Positions 9,153-17,158 of a stretch of DNA of 29,149 nt are shown piece after piece. The translations under genes were made by a program, and so were the position numbers. Position 1 is the first letter of the stretch; each line of letters opens with the position of its first letter. The stretch comes from Acidimicrobiia bacterium (GTDB taxonomy: Bacteria > Actinomycetota > Acidimicrobiia > Spongiisociales > Spongiisociaceae). The stretch covers positions 1-29,149 of the forward strand of contig JBFGLM010000054.1 of NCBI GenBank assembly GCA_041576165.1. The letters are read 5' to 3'. The notes beneath the pieces were generated by a model. The model made no database searches, had not been told where the DNA came from, and saw nothing but the letters and a program-made list of their open reading frames with translations.

Positions 9153-10385
9153 GTGCCCAATCCGAAAGTGATCATCCAGATCTACCCAATGATGCCGGCC
9201 AAGGACGAGCACGATCGGGCCGCCCGGGCACCGATCGGCCGCAACCGGGAGTTGTACCACGAGGTCCTCCATGACTGGACCGATCTGGTGCGGCTGGCCG
9301 ACGATCTCGGAGTCTGGGGAATCAGCACGATCGAGCATCACCTCCATTCCGAGGGCTACGAGGTGGGTCCCAACCCGGGCGTCCTCAACGGCTACTGGGC
9401 GGCCATTGTCAAAAACGCCAACATCGGCTCGCTCGGTTATGTGATGGCCACCCAGGATCCCATCCGCGTGGCAGAGGAGACCGCCATCCTCGATCATCTC
9501 ACCAAAGGCAGGTTCTTCGTCGGTCTGGCCCGCGGCTACCAATCACGATGGGCCAACATCCTCGGCCAGCATGCACAGGCGGTGGCCACGCTCGGGGACA
9601 AGAGCGACGACGACCAGCTGAATCGCCGCCTGTTCGAGGAGCGGACCGAGATGCTACTCAAGTGCTGGACCGAGGAATCGGTGGAGCTGAAAGGCGACAC
9701 ATACCAGGCGCCGTTCCCGATTGACACCGGCATCGTCGGCTATCCAGCCCATGAGATCGCGGCCAGGGCCGGAGCACCGGGTGAAATCGATGAGAACGGC
9801 GCGGTCCGCCGAGTGTCGGTCGTGCCCAAGCCCTACACCTTGCCCCATCCCCCGATCTTCATGGCAACGTCCAAAAGCCCGGAAACGATCACCTATTGTG
9901 CTGAGCAGGGCTTCATCCCCACCTATTTCATGAAGACGGCCGACGTGGAAAAACACGCCCAGTTGTATGTGGAGTCGGCAGCCGCGGCCGGAATCGAACG
10001 TCGCTTGGGCGAACGCCAGAACGTCGTGCGCTGGCCCCACGTCTGCCCGGACGAGAAGGAATACGACCGGCGGCTCGGGGCGTACGACCTGGACATCTAC
10101 AAGAATTTCTACGGCCCGTTCTTCCCCCAGTTCCCCAACGACCCCGACACGGACCACATAGCCAACATGAAGGAGTCTGACATCTTCATCGGGGGCTCGG
10201 TCGAACGGTCCAAGGAGCTGTGGCAGGAGCTGATCGACCGGGTACCGACCGAATACATCACCCTCATCTGGCACTATGCCCAGATCCCCAAGGAACTGGT
10301 CGCCGAAGAGCTGACGCTGTTCATGGAACAGATCCTGCCGACGCTCGAGGTTCCCGACTTCGACGCCGAGCCCGTCTCGGTCTGA
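9153..10385 (+). CDS. Luciferase-like (LLM class) flavin-dependent oxidoreductase
   Basis: EHH motif, DPIRVAEETAILDHLTKGRFFVGLARGYQ, VVPKPYTLPHPPIF. GGAGGGAG RBS. Confidence 0.9.
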   Translation: MPNPKVIIQIYPMMPAKDEHDRAARAPIGRNRELYHEVLHDWTDLVRLADDLGVWGISTIEHHLHSEGYEVGPNPGVLNGYWAAIVKNANIGSLGYVMATQDPIRVAEETAILDHLTKGRFFVGLARGYQSRWANILGQHAQAVATLGDKSDDDQLNRRLFEERTEMLLKCWTEESVELKGDTYQAPFPIDTGIVGYPAHEIAARAGAPGEIDENGAVRRVSVVPKPYTLPHPPIFMATSKSPETITYCAEQGFIPTYFMKTADVEKHAQLYVESAAAAGIERRLGERQNVVRWPHVCPDEKEYDRRLGAYDLDIYKNFYGPFFPQFPNDPDTDHIANMKESDIFIGGSVERSKELWQELIDRVPTEYITLIWHYAQIPKELVAEELTLFMEQILPTLEVPDFDAEPVSV

Positions 10386-10394
10386 GCCGGCGCC

Positions 10395-11414
10395 ATGTCG
10401 TCCAACCCGATCGACGGTTTCGTGGTCGACTGCTCGATGATCAGCTACGTCGGGCACGACCTTCAGCGGCCCGAGTGCATCCTGGCGGAGCCAGACGGAA
10501 CGCTGTGGGCCGCCGACGCCCGCGGTGGTGTGGTCAAGATCGACACGAGCACGGGCGACCAGGAACTGATCATCCAGGGGGCCGACAACCGCTTTACGGA
10601 GGCGACCGACGACGCCAGCCGGTTCACGCAGGGGACGCTGCCCAACGGAATGGCGTTCGCGTCGAACGGCGACATTCTCATCTCGAACTTTGGCACCGAC
10701 CGACTCGAGCGCATGACCCGCACCGGCCACAACACGGTGCTGTACGACTCGGTCAACGGCGAGCGAATCGGCAAGGTCAACTTCGTCATCCGTGACTCGA
10801 AGAACCGGATCTACATGACGATCTCGACCATGATCCCCAACTGGATGGAGGCGATCTCCCCCAACGTGGCCGACGGCCGCATCATTCTGGTGGACGACCG
10901 CGGCATCCGGGTCGTGGCCGACGGCTTCGCCTTCACCAACGAGATCCGGCTCGATGGCGACGAAGAGTGGATGTACATCGCGGAAACGTGCGGCCCCAAG
11001 GTCAGCCGCATGCGGGTGCTTCCCGACGGATCCCTGGCCGACTACGAGGTGTTCGGGCCGGACAACCACGGTGCTCTCATCGACGGGATCGCGTTCGACG
11101 GCTACGGCAACCTGTGGGGCACCCACGTGTTCAACGACCGCATATTCGCCATAACGCCCGAAGGCGAGCTGCGGATCATTCTCGACGACGACCGCGGTCA
11201 CGCCGCCGGACAAGCATTCCTCGATGCGTTCTGGAAGGACGAGGTGACACCGGAGCACATGCTGGCCGCCGGCGGCACCATCGCGCCGTGGATGGCCAGC
11301 GTCACGTTCGGCGGGCCGGACCTGAAAACGGTGTACATCGGCAGCCTGCGGGGGACTTCGATCCCCCACTTCCGGAGCCCGGTGGCGGGCCTGCCCATGG
11401 TGCACTGGAGCTGA
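10395..11414 (+). CDS. SMP-30/gluconolactonase/LRE family protein
   Basis: LQRPEC, PNGMAF, KVNF, FTNEIRL and IDGIAFD motifs supply the metal-binding Glu/Asn/Asp of the six-bladed propeller lactonases; C-terminal VTFGGPDLKTVY. Confidence 0.9.
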   Translation: MSSNPIDGFVVDCSMISYVGHDLQRPECILAEPDGTLWAADARGGVVKIDTSTGDQELIIQGADNRFTEATDDASRFTQGTLPNGMAFASNGDILISNFGTDRLERMTRTGHNTVLYDSVNGERIGKVNFVIRDSKNRIYMTISTMIPNWMEAISPNVADGRIILVDDRGIRVVADGFAFTNEIRLDGDEEWMYIAETCGPKVSRMRVLPDGSLADYEVFGPDNHGALIDGIAFDGYGNLWGTHVFNDRIFAITPEGELRIILDDDRGHAAGQAFLDAFWKDEVTPEHMLAAGGTIAPWMASVTFGGPDLKTVYIGSLRGTSIPHFRSPVAGLPMVHWS

Positions 11415-11423
11415 CGAGCCGGG

Positions 11424-11449
11424 CCGGCGTCTCGCATCCCGACGCCCGG
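11424..11449. terminator. Hairpin between convergent lactonase and phosphotransferase genes
   Basis: GGCGTC (11426-11431) pairs with GACGCC (11441-11446). No U-tract. Confidence 0.4.
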
Positions 11450-11450
11450 G

Positions 11451-12695
11451 TCATTGCATCTGGCTCTCTTCGAACGCGTTGAGCGTCGCGGTCGCGTACG
11501 TCTTGAGGGCTTCCAGCGCCGGGATCAACTCCGGCCCTCCGGTTGCCGCCGCCTCGGTGAGGAGGTCGTGAGCTTGGATGTAGGCAAGAGCCGGGTCCGA
11601 CCCGGCGATCGCGGCGGCCAGGCCCGGAACAGTGTGCTGATGCGCCCGGAGTGCTTCCACCGCGGCGGCGCAGGCCTCCTCGGTGCGGGGTCCGGAGAGG
11701 GCACGGTGGCTCTGCGCCTGGAGGTGTATGCGCGGCAGCGGGACGAGCGGCCCCTGGCTGAGGAGATCCACCATGGTCCACGCTCCGGCGTCCCCGGCCA
11801 GCCCGATCCGCTCCAAGCGAGGGTCATCGGAGCGCTCCTCGACGTGGGCCCGCAGCGCTTGCATTGACGCGATATACCGGCGCCATCGCTCAAAGCGCAG
11901 CGCGTAATTCACACGCGGAACGTGCAACGCAGCACCCATCCCAACCTCATACGCCAGTTGCGCCTCGCCGCTGATACTGCACCACCCGCCGGTCAGGCGG
12001 GAGAACGCAACATCGACCATGGGATCACCGACCCAGGCTCGTTCCCAGTCGACTACCGCACTCAGGACTCCGGGTCCTTTCCACAGCAAGTTGGTGAGGC
12101 GATAGTCGCCGTGGCAGAGCACCGGAGGCGCTGCCACCTCCGGCATATGGGTCAGCAGCCAGCGCAGGCCGACTTCAAACCCGGGATGGCGCCGCAAAGC
12201 CGCCTTCTGGTAATCGGTCACCGTCAGGTTGATCGCCCGGCGCAGGGCGTCGGTGATGGTGGGGGCCGGGTCGAGCGCCGACGGGTCGGCTTCGAGGTGC
12301 AGCGCTGCGAGCGTCTTGCCAAAGACCCGCCGGTACCGTGCCCGGTCGGTGTCGGGGACCTCGTGCTCGGGCAATACTCGACTACCCGCAGTGTTCTGCA
12401 GCAGAATGCACGAGCGTCCGGCCATGGCACCGGACTGGTCGTACGCGATCACCGTCGGCACGGGGACCGACTTGCCGACAGCGGTCAGCGTCGCGGCTTC
12501 CCGCCCGGCATCGTATGGCGCCATCGCCCAGCCGCTGGGAGCGACCCGCAGGATTACGGCAATTCGCGCCCAGCGGAGCCGGTAGGTGCGCCAGGAGTAG
12601 CTGCCCTTGAGGCGCTCGGACTCCACCTCATCGGGTGGCCAGCCCAGTTGCGAGGCCGCCCATTTCAGGACCCGCGGCTCAGGTGACTCGCGCAT
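11451..12695 (-). CDS. Phosphotransferase family protein (APH/choline kinase fold, ACAD10/11-N-like) with C-terminal extension
   Basis: ILRVAP, PVPTV, LAALH, catalytic LCHGDYRLTN, VVDWERAWVGDPMVD. Start taken at ATG 12695, 6 nt after TACCGT. Confidence 0.85.
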   Translation of the reverse strand: MRESPEPRVLKWAASQLGWPPDEVESERLKGSYSWRTYRLRWARIAVILRVAPSGWAMAPYDAGREAATLTAVGKSVPVPTVIAYDQSGAMAGRSCILLQNTAGSRVLPEHEVPDTDRARYRRVFGKTLAALHLEADPSALDPAPTITDALRRAINLTVTDYQKAALRRHPGFEVGLRWLLTHMPEVAAPPVLCHGDYRLTNLLWKGPGVLSAVVDWERAWVGDPMVDVAFSRLTGGWCSISGEAQLAYEVGMGAALHVPRVNYALRFERWRRYIASMQALRAHVEERSDDPRLERIGLAGDAGAWTMVDLLSQGPLVPLPRIHLQAQSHRALSGPRTEEACAAAVEALRAHQHTVPGLAAAIAGSDPALAYIQAHDLLTEAAATGGPELIPALEALKTYATATLNAFEESQMQ

Positions 12696-12824
12696 AGACA
12701 AACGGTACCTCCAACTGCCTTCGCTCCGCGACATGCCGAAGTGAACGGGCCTTCACCGAGCCGGGGCATGGTTCGGCGCTCGGCCGGGGCGCTGGCGCAG
12801 AGCGAAAGGCCGAGGCGGCTCTAC

Positions 12825-13244
12825 TCACTCACGGGGGAAACGGTAGAAGAACCCCGGCGAGGCCGCCCGCTCCGCATCTTCGGCCACCACTTCGGTGAGC
12901 AGCATGTTGGCGTCGACCCCTCTCGGAACGCCTGCATACAGCGCCACCTGGGCGATCATCTCCGCGATTTGACGGACCGAGAAACCCAGCTCGCGCAGGC
13001 CTTGCATGTACAGCTTGGCCTCGGGCTGGAACCCGAGAGCCACCAGTGTGGCGAAGATGACGACCGCACGCATGTCGAGGGGCAGGGTCGGGTCGTTCAG
13101 CATGGCCCCCTGGGCTGCGCTCATCGGGGCCATCGCCTCCGACGTCTCGGGCAGGCGCGGGAACGGCGGCAGAAAATCCTCCCCCCAGATTCTCCGAAAC
13201 GCCGAGACAGCATCTGGGTCGTAACGCACTTCACCCTCGCTCAT
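12825..13244 (-). CDS. Carboxymuconolactone decarboxylase (CMD) family protein
   Basis: Start at ATG 13244 after AAGGAGG. PTLPLDMRAVVIFATLVALG...GFSVRQIAEMIAQVALYAGVP matches the PcaC-like helical pattern; no CxxC. Confidence 0.8.
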   Translation of the reverse strand: MSEGEVRYDPDAVSAFRRIWGEDFLPPFPRLPETSEAMAPMSAAQGAMLNDPTLPLDMRAVVIFATLVALGFQPEAKLYMQGLRELGFSVRQIAEMIAQVALYAGVPRGVDANMLLTEVVAEDAERAASPGFFYRFPRE

Positions 13245-13299
13245 CGAACCTCCTTGCGATGACGATCGCAGTATGCCGGGCCCGGCTAGCGTGACGCGC

Positions 13300-13905
13300 A
13301 TGAGCGAGCCGGCGATCACTACGCCCGATGGCGTCGAGCTCGAGGCGCGTTGGGATGCGCCGGCGGGCGAGGCAGCGGTGGGCCTGGTGTTCTGCCACCC
13401 CCACCCTCTCCACGGCGGGACGATGACCGCCCCGCTGATGGACCACGTCACCGGCCACCTCGTTGCGAGCGGCCGGGCTGTTTTGCGCTTCAACTTCCGC
13501 GGTGTGGGGGGGTCCGGCGGCGGCTGGGAGGGAGGCATCGGAGAGCTGAATGACGTGGCAGCCGCCATGGCACGGGCCCGCGAGCGGTACGATCGCATCG
13601 AGCTGGCCGGGTGGTCGTTTGGGGCGGCCGCAGCCTTGCGCTGGCAGGCGCGGGACAACGACGATTCGATCTACGTCGGAATTGCACCACCGGTGGGCGG
13701 TCTTCCCATGCCCGGGCCCGGCGACCTCAAACCGGCGTCACGTGCGATCATCATCGGGGAGCGGGATCAGCTCATTGCCGTGAACGAGGTAGCGGAATAC
13801 GCCGCCGCCATCGGAGCACAGTTCCGAATCCTCCCCGCGTCGGACCACTTTTTCCACTTTCGGGAGGAGCAGCTGGCCGAGTCCGTGTTGGAGGCGCTGG
13901 GCTAG
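13300..13905 (+). CDS. Alpha/beta-fold hydrolase
   Basis: CHPHPLHGGTM, RFNFRGVG, nucleophile GWSFG, GERD and DHFF motifs. Start at ATG 13300, 7 nt after TAGCGT. Confidence 0.9.
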   Translation: MSEPAITTPDGVELEARWDAPAGEAAVGLVFCHPHPLHGGTMTAPLMDHVTGHLVASGRAVLRFNFRGVGGSGGGWEGGIGELNDVAAAMARARERYDRIELAGWSFGAAAALRWQARDNDDSIYVGIAPPVGGLPMPGPGDLKPASRAIIIGERDQLIAVNEVAEYAAAIGAQFRILPASDHFFHFREEQLAESVLEALG

Positions 13906-14111
13906 CCCGCGGCCGGCCGGAACGATCGGTTGCGGGCTTCGGCCAGGGTGTCGGGGGCAAAGCTCTGGAGCAGGGTTCGGTTGAACAGGTCGTCCGCCTC
14001 CACCCGGGCCTCGAGCTGCTCGAGCTGCTCCGGATCGTCGGTGTCGTACACCAGCATCGTGTCGCGCGTCCCTACGAACCGATAGTCCTCGAAGCGCCGG
14101 AGCCGGGCCAT
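13902..14111 (-). CDS. Small hypothetical protein (69 aa)
   Basis: Protein-like composition. ATG directly follows the upstream TGA (0-nt gap). Confidence 0.75.
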   Translation of the reverse strand: MARLRRFEDYRFVGTRDTMLVYDTDDPEQLEQLEARVEADDLFNRTLLQSFAPDTLAEARNRSFRPAAG

Positions 14112-14909
14112 TCACATCCTCCATTCCCGGGGCCACGTTACCGCCGGCTGGACCGAGTCTTCTGAAACGTACCGCCGGCACAACTCAGCGAATACGGCCG
14201 CCCGCAGCTGCAACCGGCGGTGTTCGACCTCCGGAGCCGTGATTCTGGATTGGGCGGCGGTGCCCCGCTGCGAACCGAAGGCGTCTCGAACCTCCGGTGG
14301 AATCTCCTTCCGGCCCAAGTACTCGACGAGGCCGCCGCGAGCGGCGAAAGGCGCCGCGATTGCCGCGTCGCGTTCGGCCCGAGCCCGGTCGAAGGCCACG
14401 TCCAGCGGCTGACCGATGGCGAGATGCGCCTGCTCCAGCTCCCGCCCAGCCCGCTCGCGGCGGCCCAGAACGGCTGAAACCCAGGCGGCGCCGAGGTGCA
14501 GTCCCCGGTTGCTCAGGTAGTCGCAATAGCCGTCGGGCCGGGACCATTTGTCGAGCCACGGCTCAACGCCCGCCTGCCAGGCGCTGCGCAGCCGTCGCTC
14601 CCACCCCGCGGTCCCTTCCGGCCCCTCGGGATGGGCCAGGAGCGAACGCAGGTCGGAGGTCGGTGCAACGACATCGAGGGACATCTGGCGCAAGCAGCCC
14701 CGGGCATCCGGTAGATCCGGCTCGGGATCGCCCAGGGCCGGATACTGCCAGCCGAACAGCGCAACAGTTCGGGACCCGGCGCTGAAAACGGAAAAAGCGT
14801 TGAAGGCCTCAGCGGACCGACGCATCCAGCCCGACGTGGTCGCCCGAAACCCGGCACGTTCGAGGGAGGGGCCGGCTGCGCGTTTCAGCTGCTCGGCGAA
14901 ATCGGTCAC
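14112..14909 (-). CDS. Hypothetical protein (265 aa), N-terminus loosely DUF4304-like
   Basis: GTGA overlap with the upstream ORF. PSLERAGFR...W-x-R start resembles DUF4304 proteins (weak, by eye). Confidence 0.7.
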   Translation of the reverse strand: MTDFAEQLKRAAGPSLERAGFRATTSGWMRRSAEAFNAFSVFSAGSRTVALFGWQYPALGDPEPDLPDARGCLRQMSLDVVAPTSDLRSLLAHPEGPEGTAGWERRLRSAWQAGVEPWLDKWSRPDGYCDYLSNRGLHLGAAWVSAVLGRRERAGRELEQAHLAIGQPLDVAFDRARAERDAAIAAPFAARGGLVEYLGRKEIPPEVRDAFGSQRGTAAQSRITAPEVEHRRLQLRAAVFAELCRRYVSEDSVQPAVTWPREWRM

Positions 14910-15100
14910 CGGAACCGGTCAATCGGCGTGACCGGATCTCCTACCGGGAGGACGTGGGCCGGCGGAGGCTTCGGCGACAACCTCCATTCCGGCACCGAGC
15001 CCAGCCCCATCGTCAGGGTGGCGACCAATGCCGCCCGCTGCGCCAGCCGGGCTGCTCGCAGAAGGCCGCGTCGGGGAGACCGAGGTCGATCGGCGAGCAT
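14906..15100 (-). CDS. Small hypothetical protein (64 aa) with twin-arginine-like N-terminus
   Basis: Internal ATG 15100 of the 178-aa track ORF gives MLADRPRSPRRGLLRAARLAQRAALVATLTMGLGSVPEW... It fills the gap exactly, with TGATG overlap upstream and GTGA overlap downstream. Confidence 0.6.
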   Translation of the reverse strand: MLADRPRSPRRGLLRAARLAQRAALVATLTMGLGSVPEWRLSPKPPPAHVLPVGDPVTPIDRFR

Positions 15101-15408
15101 CAGGCGACTGCCACCTCCTCGCCGCACATCGGGCACTCGGCCACCTCGATGTCTCCCACGATGAACGAGAAAGAGCATGCCGGGCAGGTTGTCTTCGGTG
15201 ACGGTATGTCCGGCGGCGGTGGCGGCGGAGTGAATCCCATGCCCGCCTGGCCGGCACCCGGCGGTGGCTGGCCGGCACCTGGCGGTGGCTGGCCGGCGCC
15301 CGGCGGCGCCGTTCGAACCTCGTTTACGGCCCCGCACGCGGGACATGCATAACGTCCGGGGCCGTCCACCTGGAAATCGGTCTGGCATCTTCCGCATCGC
15401 GCCCGCAT
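15100..15408 (-). CDS. Double zinc-ribbon protein with Pro/Gly-rich repeat linker
   Basis: Four CxxC motifs (CGRC, CPAC, CPAC, CPMC) in two pairs separated by PPGAGQ x3 and a PPPPPP run. Alternative GTG start at 15411. Confidence 0.85.
   Translation of the reverse strand: MRARCGRCQTDFQVDGPGRYACPACGAVNEVRTAPPGAGQPPPGAGQPPPGAGQAGMGFTPPPPPPDIPSPKTTCPACSFSFIVGDIEVAECPMCGEEVAVA
15247..15309. repeat. 21-bp tandem repeat x3 inside the zinc-ribbon gene
   Basis: CTGGCCGGCACCCGGCGGTGG / CTGGCCGGCACCTGGCGGTGG / CTGGCCGGCGCCCGGCGGCGC. Confidence 0.9.
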
Positions 15409-15845
15409 CACACTTCCTCACCTGCGACCTCGCCGATCGCACCGATCGACCTCAAATACGCCGCCTCGCCCTCGAGAACTCTCCGAACATCATCCGCCGA
15501 ATAATCATGGCCTCGATTGGCGAGCTCTCCGACGACGTAGCGCACCGCAACGTCATCGCCGCCGGCGACAACGGTAACCCCTCTGCGGGCCGCCCGTTTG
15601 TCCGCCAATCCCTGTAGGTAGAACACTTCCCATTCTATGATCCGGCGCACCCCGGCCCGGGTGATCCGACGCCGGGTGGCTTCGTCGAGATGCTCCCAGG
15701 CTGTAGTGATCGCATCCTCGATGATGTACGCCGGCGGCCCGGCCATGCTGCGGCTCCGGGCTTCCTGCCACACCATCACCGCCCCAATTGCGAGCAGCAA
15801 CGCCAGGAACAAAGCCGCCACTGCGATGATCGTTGCGCCCGACAT
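15408..15845 (-). CDS. Hypothetical protein with N-terminal transmembrane anchor (145 aa)
   Basis: Start at ATG 15845, 7 nt after TACCAT. Hydrophobic IIAVAALFLALLLAIGAVMVW, then a soluble domain ending YLRSIGAIG. Confidence 0.8.
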   Translation of the reverse strand: MSGATIIAVAALFLALLLAIGAVMVWQEARSRSMAGPPAYIIEDAITTAWEHLDEATRRRITRAGVRRIIEWEVFYLQGLADKRAARRGVTVVAGGDDVAVRYVVGELANRGHDYSADDVRRVLEGEAAYLRSIGAIGEVAGEEV

Positions 15846-15905
15846 CGAGCCGATGGTACCCGCCCCGACCAGACGCAAGAACGCCACCCCGTCGGCGCCG
15901 CGCGG

Positions 15906-17045
15906 TCAGATCCCGAGCTGGTCGCCCAGGCGAGACCGGTGGTAGGCGGGATCACCGAATAGCAGCTCGCTGCTCTTGGCCCGCTTGAAATACAGGTGGG
16001 CGTCGTGCTCCCAGGTGAAGCCGATGCCGCCATGGATCTGGATGTTCTCCGCCGCGCAGAAGAAGTAGGCCTCCGAGCAATACGATTTGGCGAGTGGCGC
16101 GACCAGCGGGAACTCATCGTTTTGCTCCGACGCCGCCCACCCGGCGTAGTACGCAGCCGATTTGGCCGACTCGACCTGGACCAGCATGTCGGCGCACTTG
16201 TGTTTGATCGCCTGGAAAGATCCGATGGGGCGCCCGAACTGCATTCGCACCTTGCCATACTCGACCGCCATCTCCAGGCACTTCTGCGCGCCGCCGACTT
16301 GCTCGGCCGCCAGGGCCACGCATCCCAGGTCCAGCACCGTGGCAATGATGTCCCACGCCCGTCCTTCATCCCCCACCAGATTTGCAGCGGGCATCCTCAC
16401 GTCGTCGAAGTCGACCTGAGCCAGAGTCCGCGTCTGGTCCATGGCGTCCAGCTGGCGACGATGAACCCCCGGGGCTTCTCCCGGCACGATCACCAGGCTG
16501 ATGCCGTCGGCCGCGTCGGGTTCGCCGCCGGTCCGGACCGCCACCAACAGATGGTCGACGACGTGGCCGTCCAGCACGAATCGTTTGGAGCCCGTTACTA
16601 CTACCTCGTCACCGTCGAGCTTGCCCACCGCCTGGATCCCGCCGGGATCCCACCGTCCGGATCCTTCGGTGATCGCCAGCGACCAGATCGATTCGCCGGC
16701 AGCAATGGGCGGAAGGTGCTCCTTCTTCTGTTCGTCCGAACCACCGATCAGCAACGCGTTTGCGGCCAGAATCACCGACCCCAGATACGGCGCCGGCACT
16801 ACGGCCCGACCCATCTCTTCCATGAGCACGACTTGTTCGAGGAACGAAAACCCGGCCCCGCCGCACTCCTCAGGGATCGCCATGGCCTGCCATCCCTGCG
16901 CGGCCATGTCCAGCCACAGGGCCGGGTCGTAGCCGGCCGGCGTCTCCATGATCTCGCGTACGCGAGCGGAGGGCGCTTTGTCCTCCAAGAAGCGGCGTGC
17001 GGTTTCGCGGAGTAGTTCCTGTTCCTCGCTGAATGAAAAGTCCAT
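15906..17045 (-). CDS. Acyl-CoA dehydrogenase family protein (FadE-type, resembling the partner subunit of heterotetrameric ACADs)
   Basis: MDFSFSEEQ, IPEECGGAG, QFGRPIGSFQAIKH, IQIHGGIGFTWEH. GGAGG RBS. Confidence 0.92.
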   Translation of the reverse strand: MDFSFSEEQELLRETARRFLEDKAPSARVREIMETPAGYDPALWLDMAAQGWQAMAIPEECGGAGFSFLEQVVLMEEMGRAVVPAPYLGSVILAANALLIGGSDEQKKEHLPPIAAGESIWSLAITEGSGRWDPGGIQAVGKLDGDEVVVTGSKRFVLDGHVVDHLLVAVRTGGEPDAADGISLVIVPGEAPGVHRRQLDAMDQTRTLAQVDFDDVRMPAANLVGDEGRAWDIIATVLDLGCVALAAEQVGGAQKCLEMAVEYGKVRMQFGRPIGSFQAIKHKCADMLVQVESAKSAAYYAGWAASEQNDEFPLVAPLAKSYCSEAYFFCAAENIQIHGGIGFTWEHDAHLYFKRAKSSELLFGDPAYHRSRLGDQLGI

Positions 17046-17158
17046 GCCTCAGCCTCCGGGGTACGGGGGGAGGGTAGACGAGATCGGGCCGGATCCCGCC
17101 GCCGGCCGTTCGCCCGGACGCCGCCCTGTCCTCGGCCGCAAGCCGGGCCGGTCGCGTG

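Noticed and set aside
9654-11405. 583-aa minus-strand ORF
   Set aside because: Antisense to the LLM and lactonase genes, which carry clear motifs.
12731-12820. GC-rich intergenic inverted repeats as a possible ncRNA or REP element
   Set aside because: Short stems (6-7 bp) are expected at this GC content and I saw no second copy; at most a terminator.
15247-15309. 21-bp repeats as a CRISPR array
   Set aside because: Head-to-tail with no spacers; an in-frame coding repeat.
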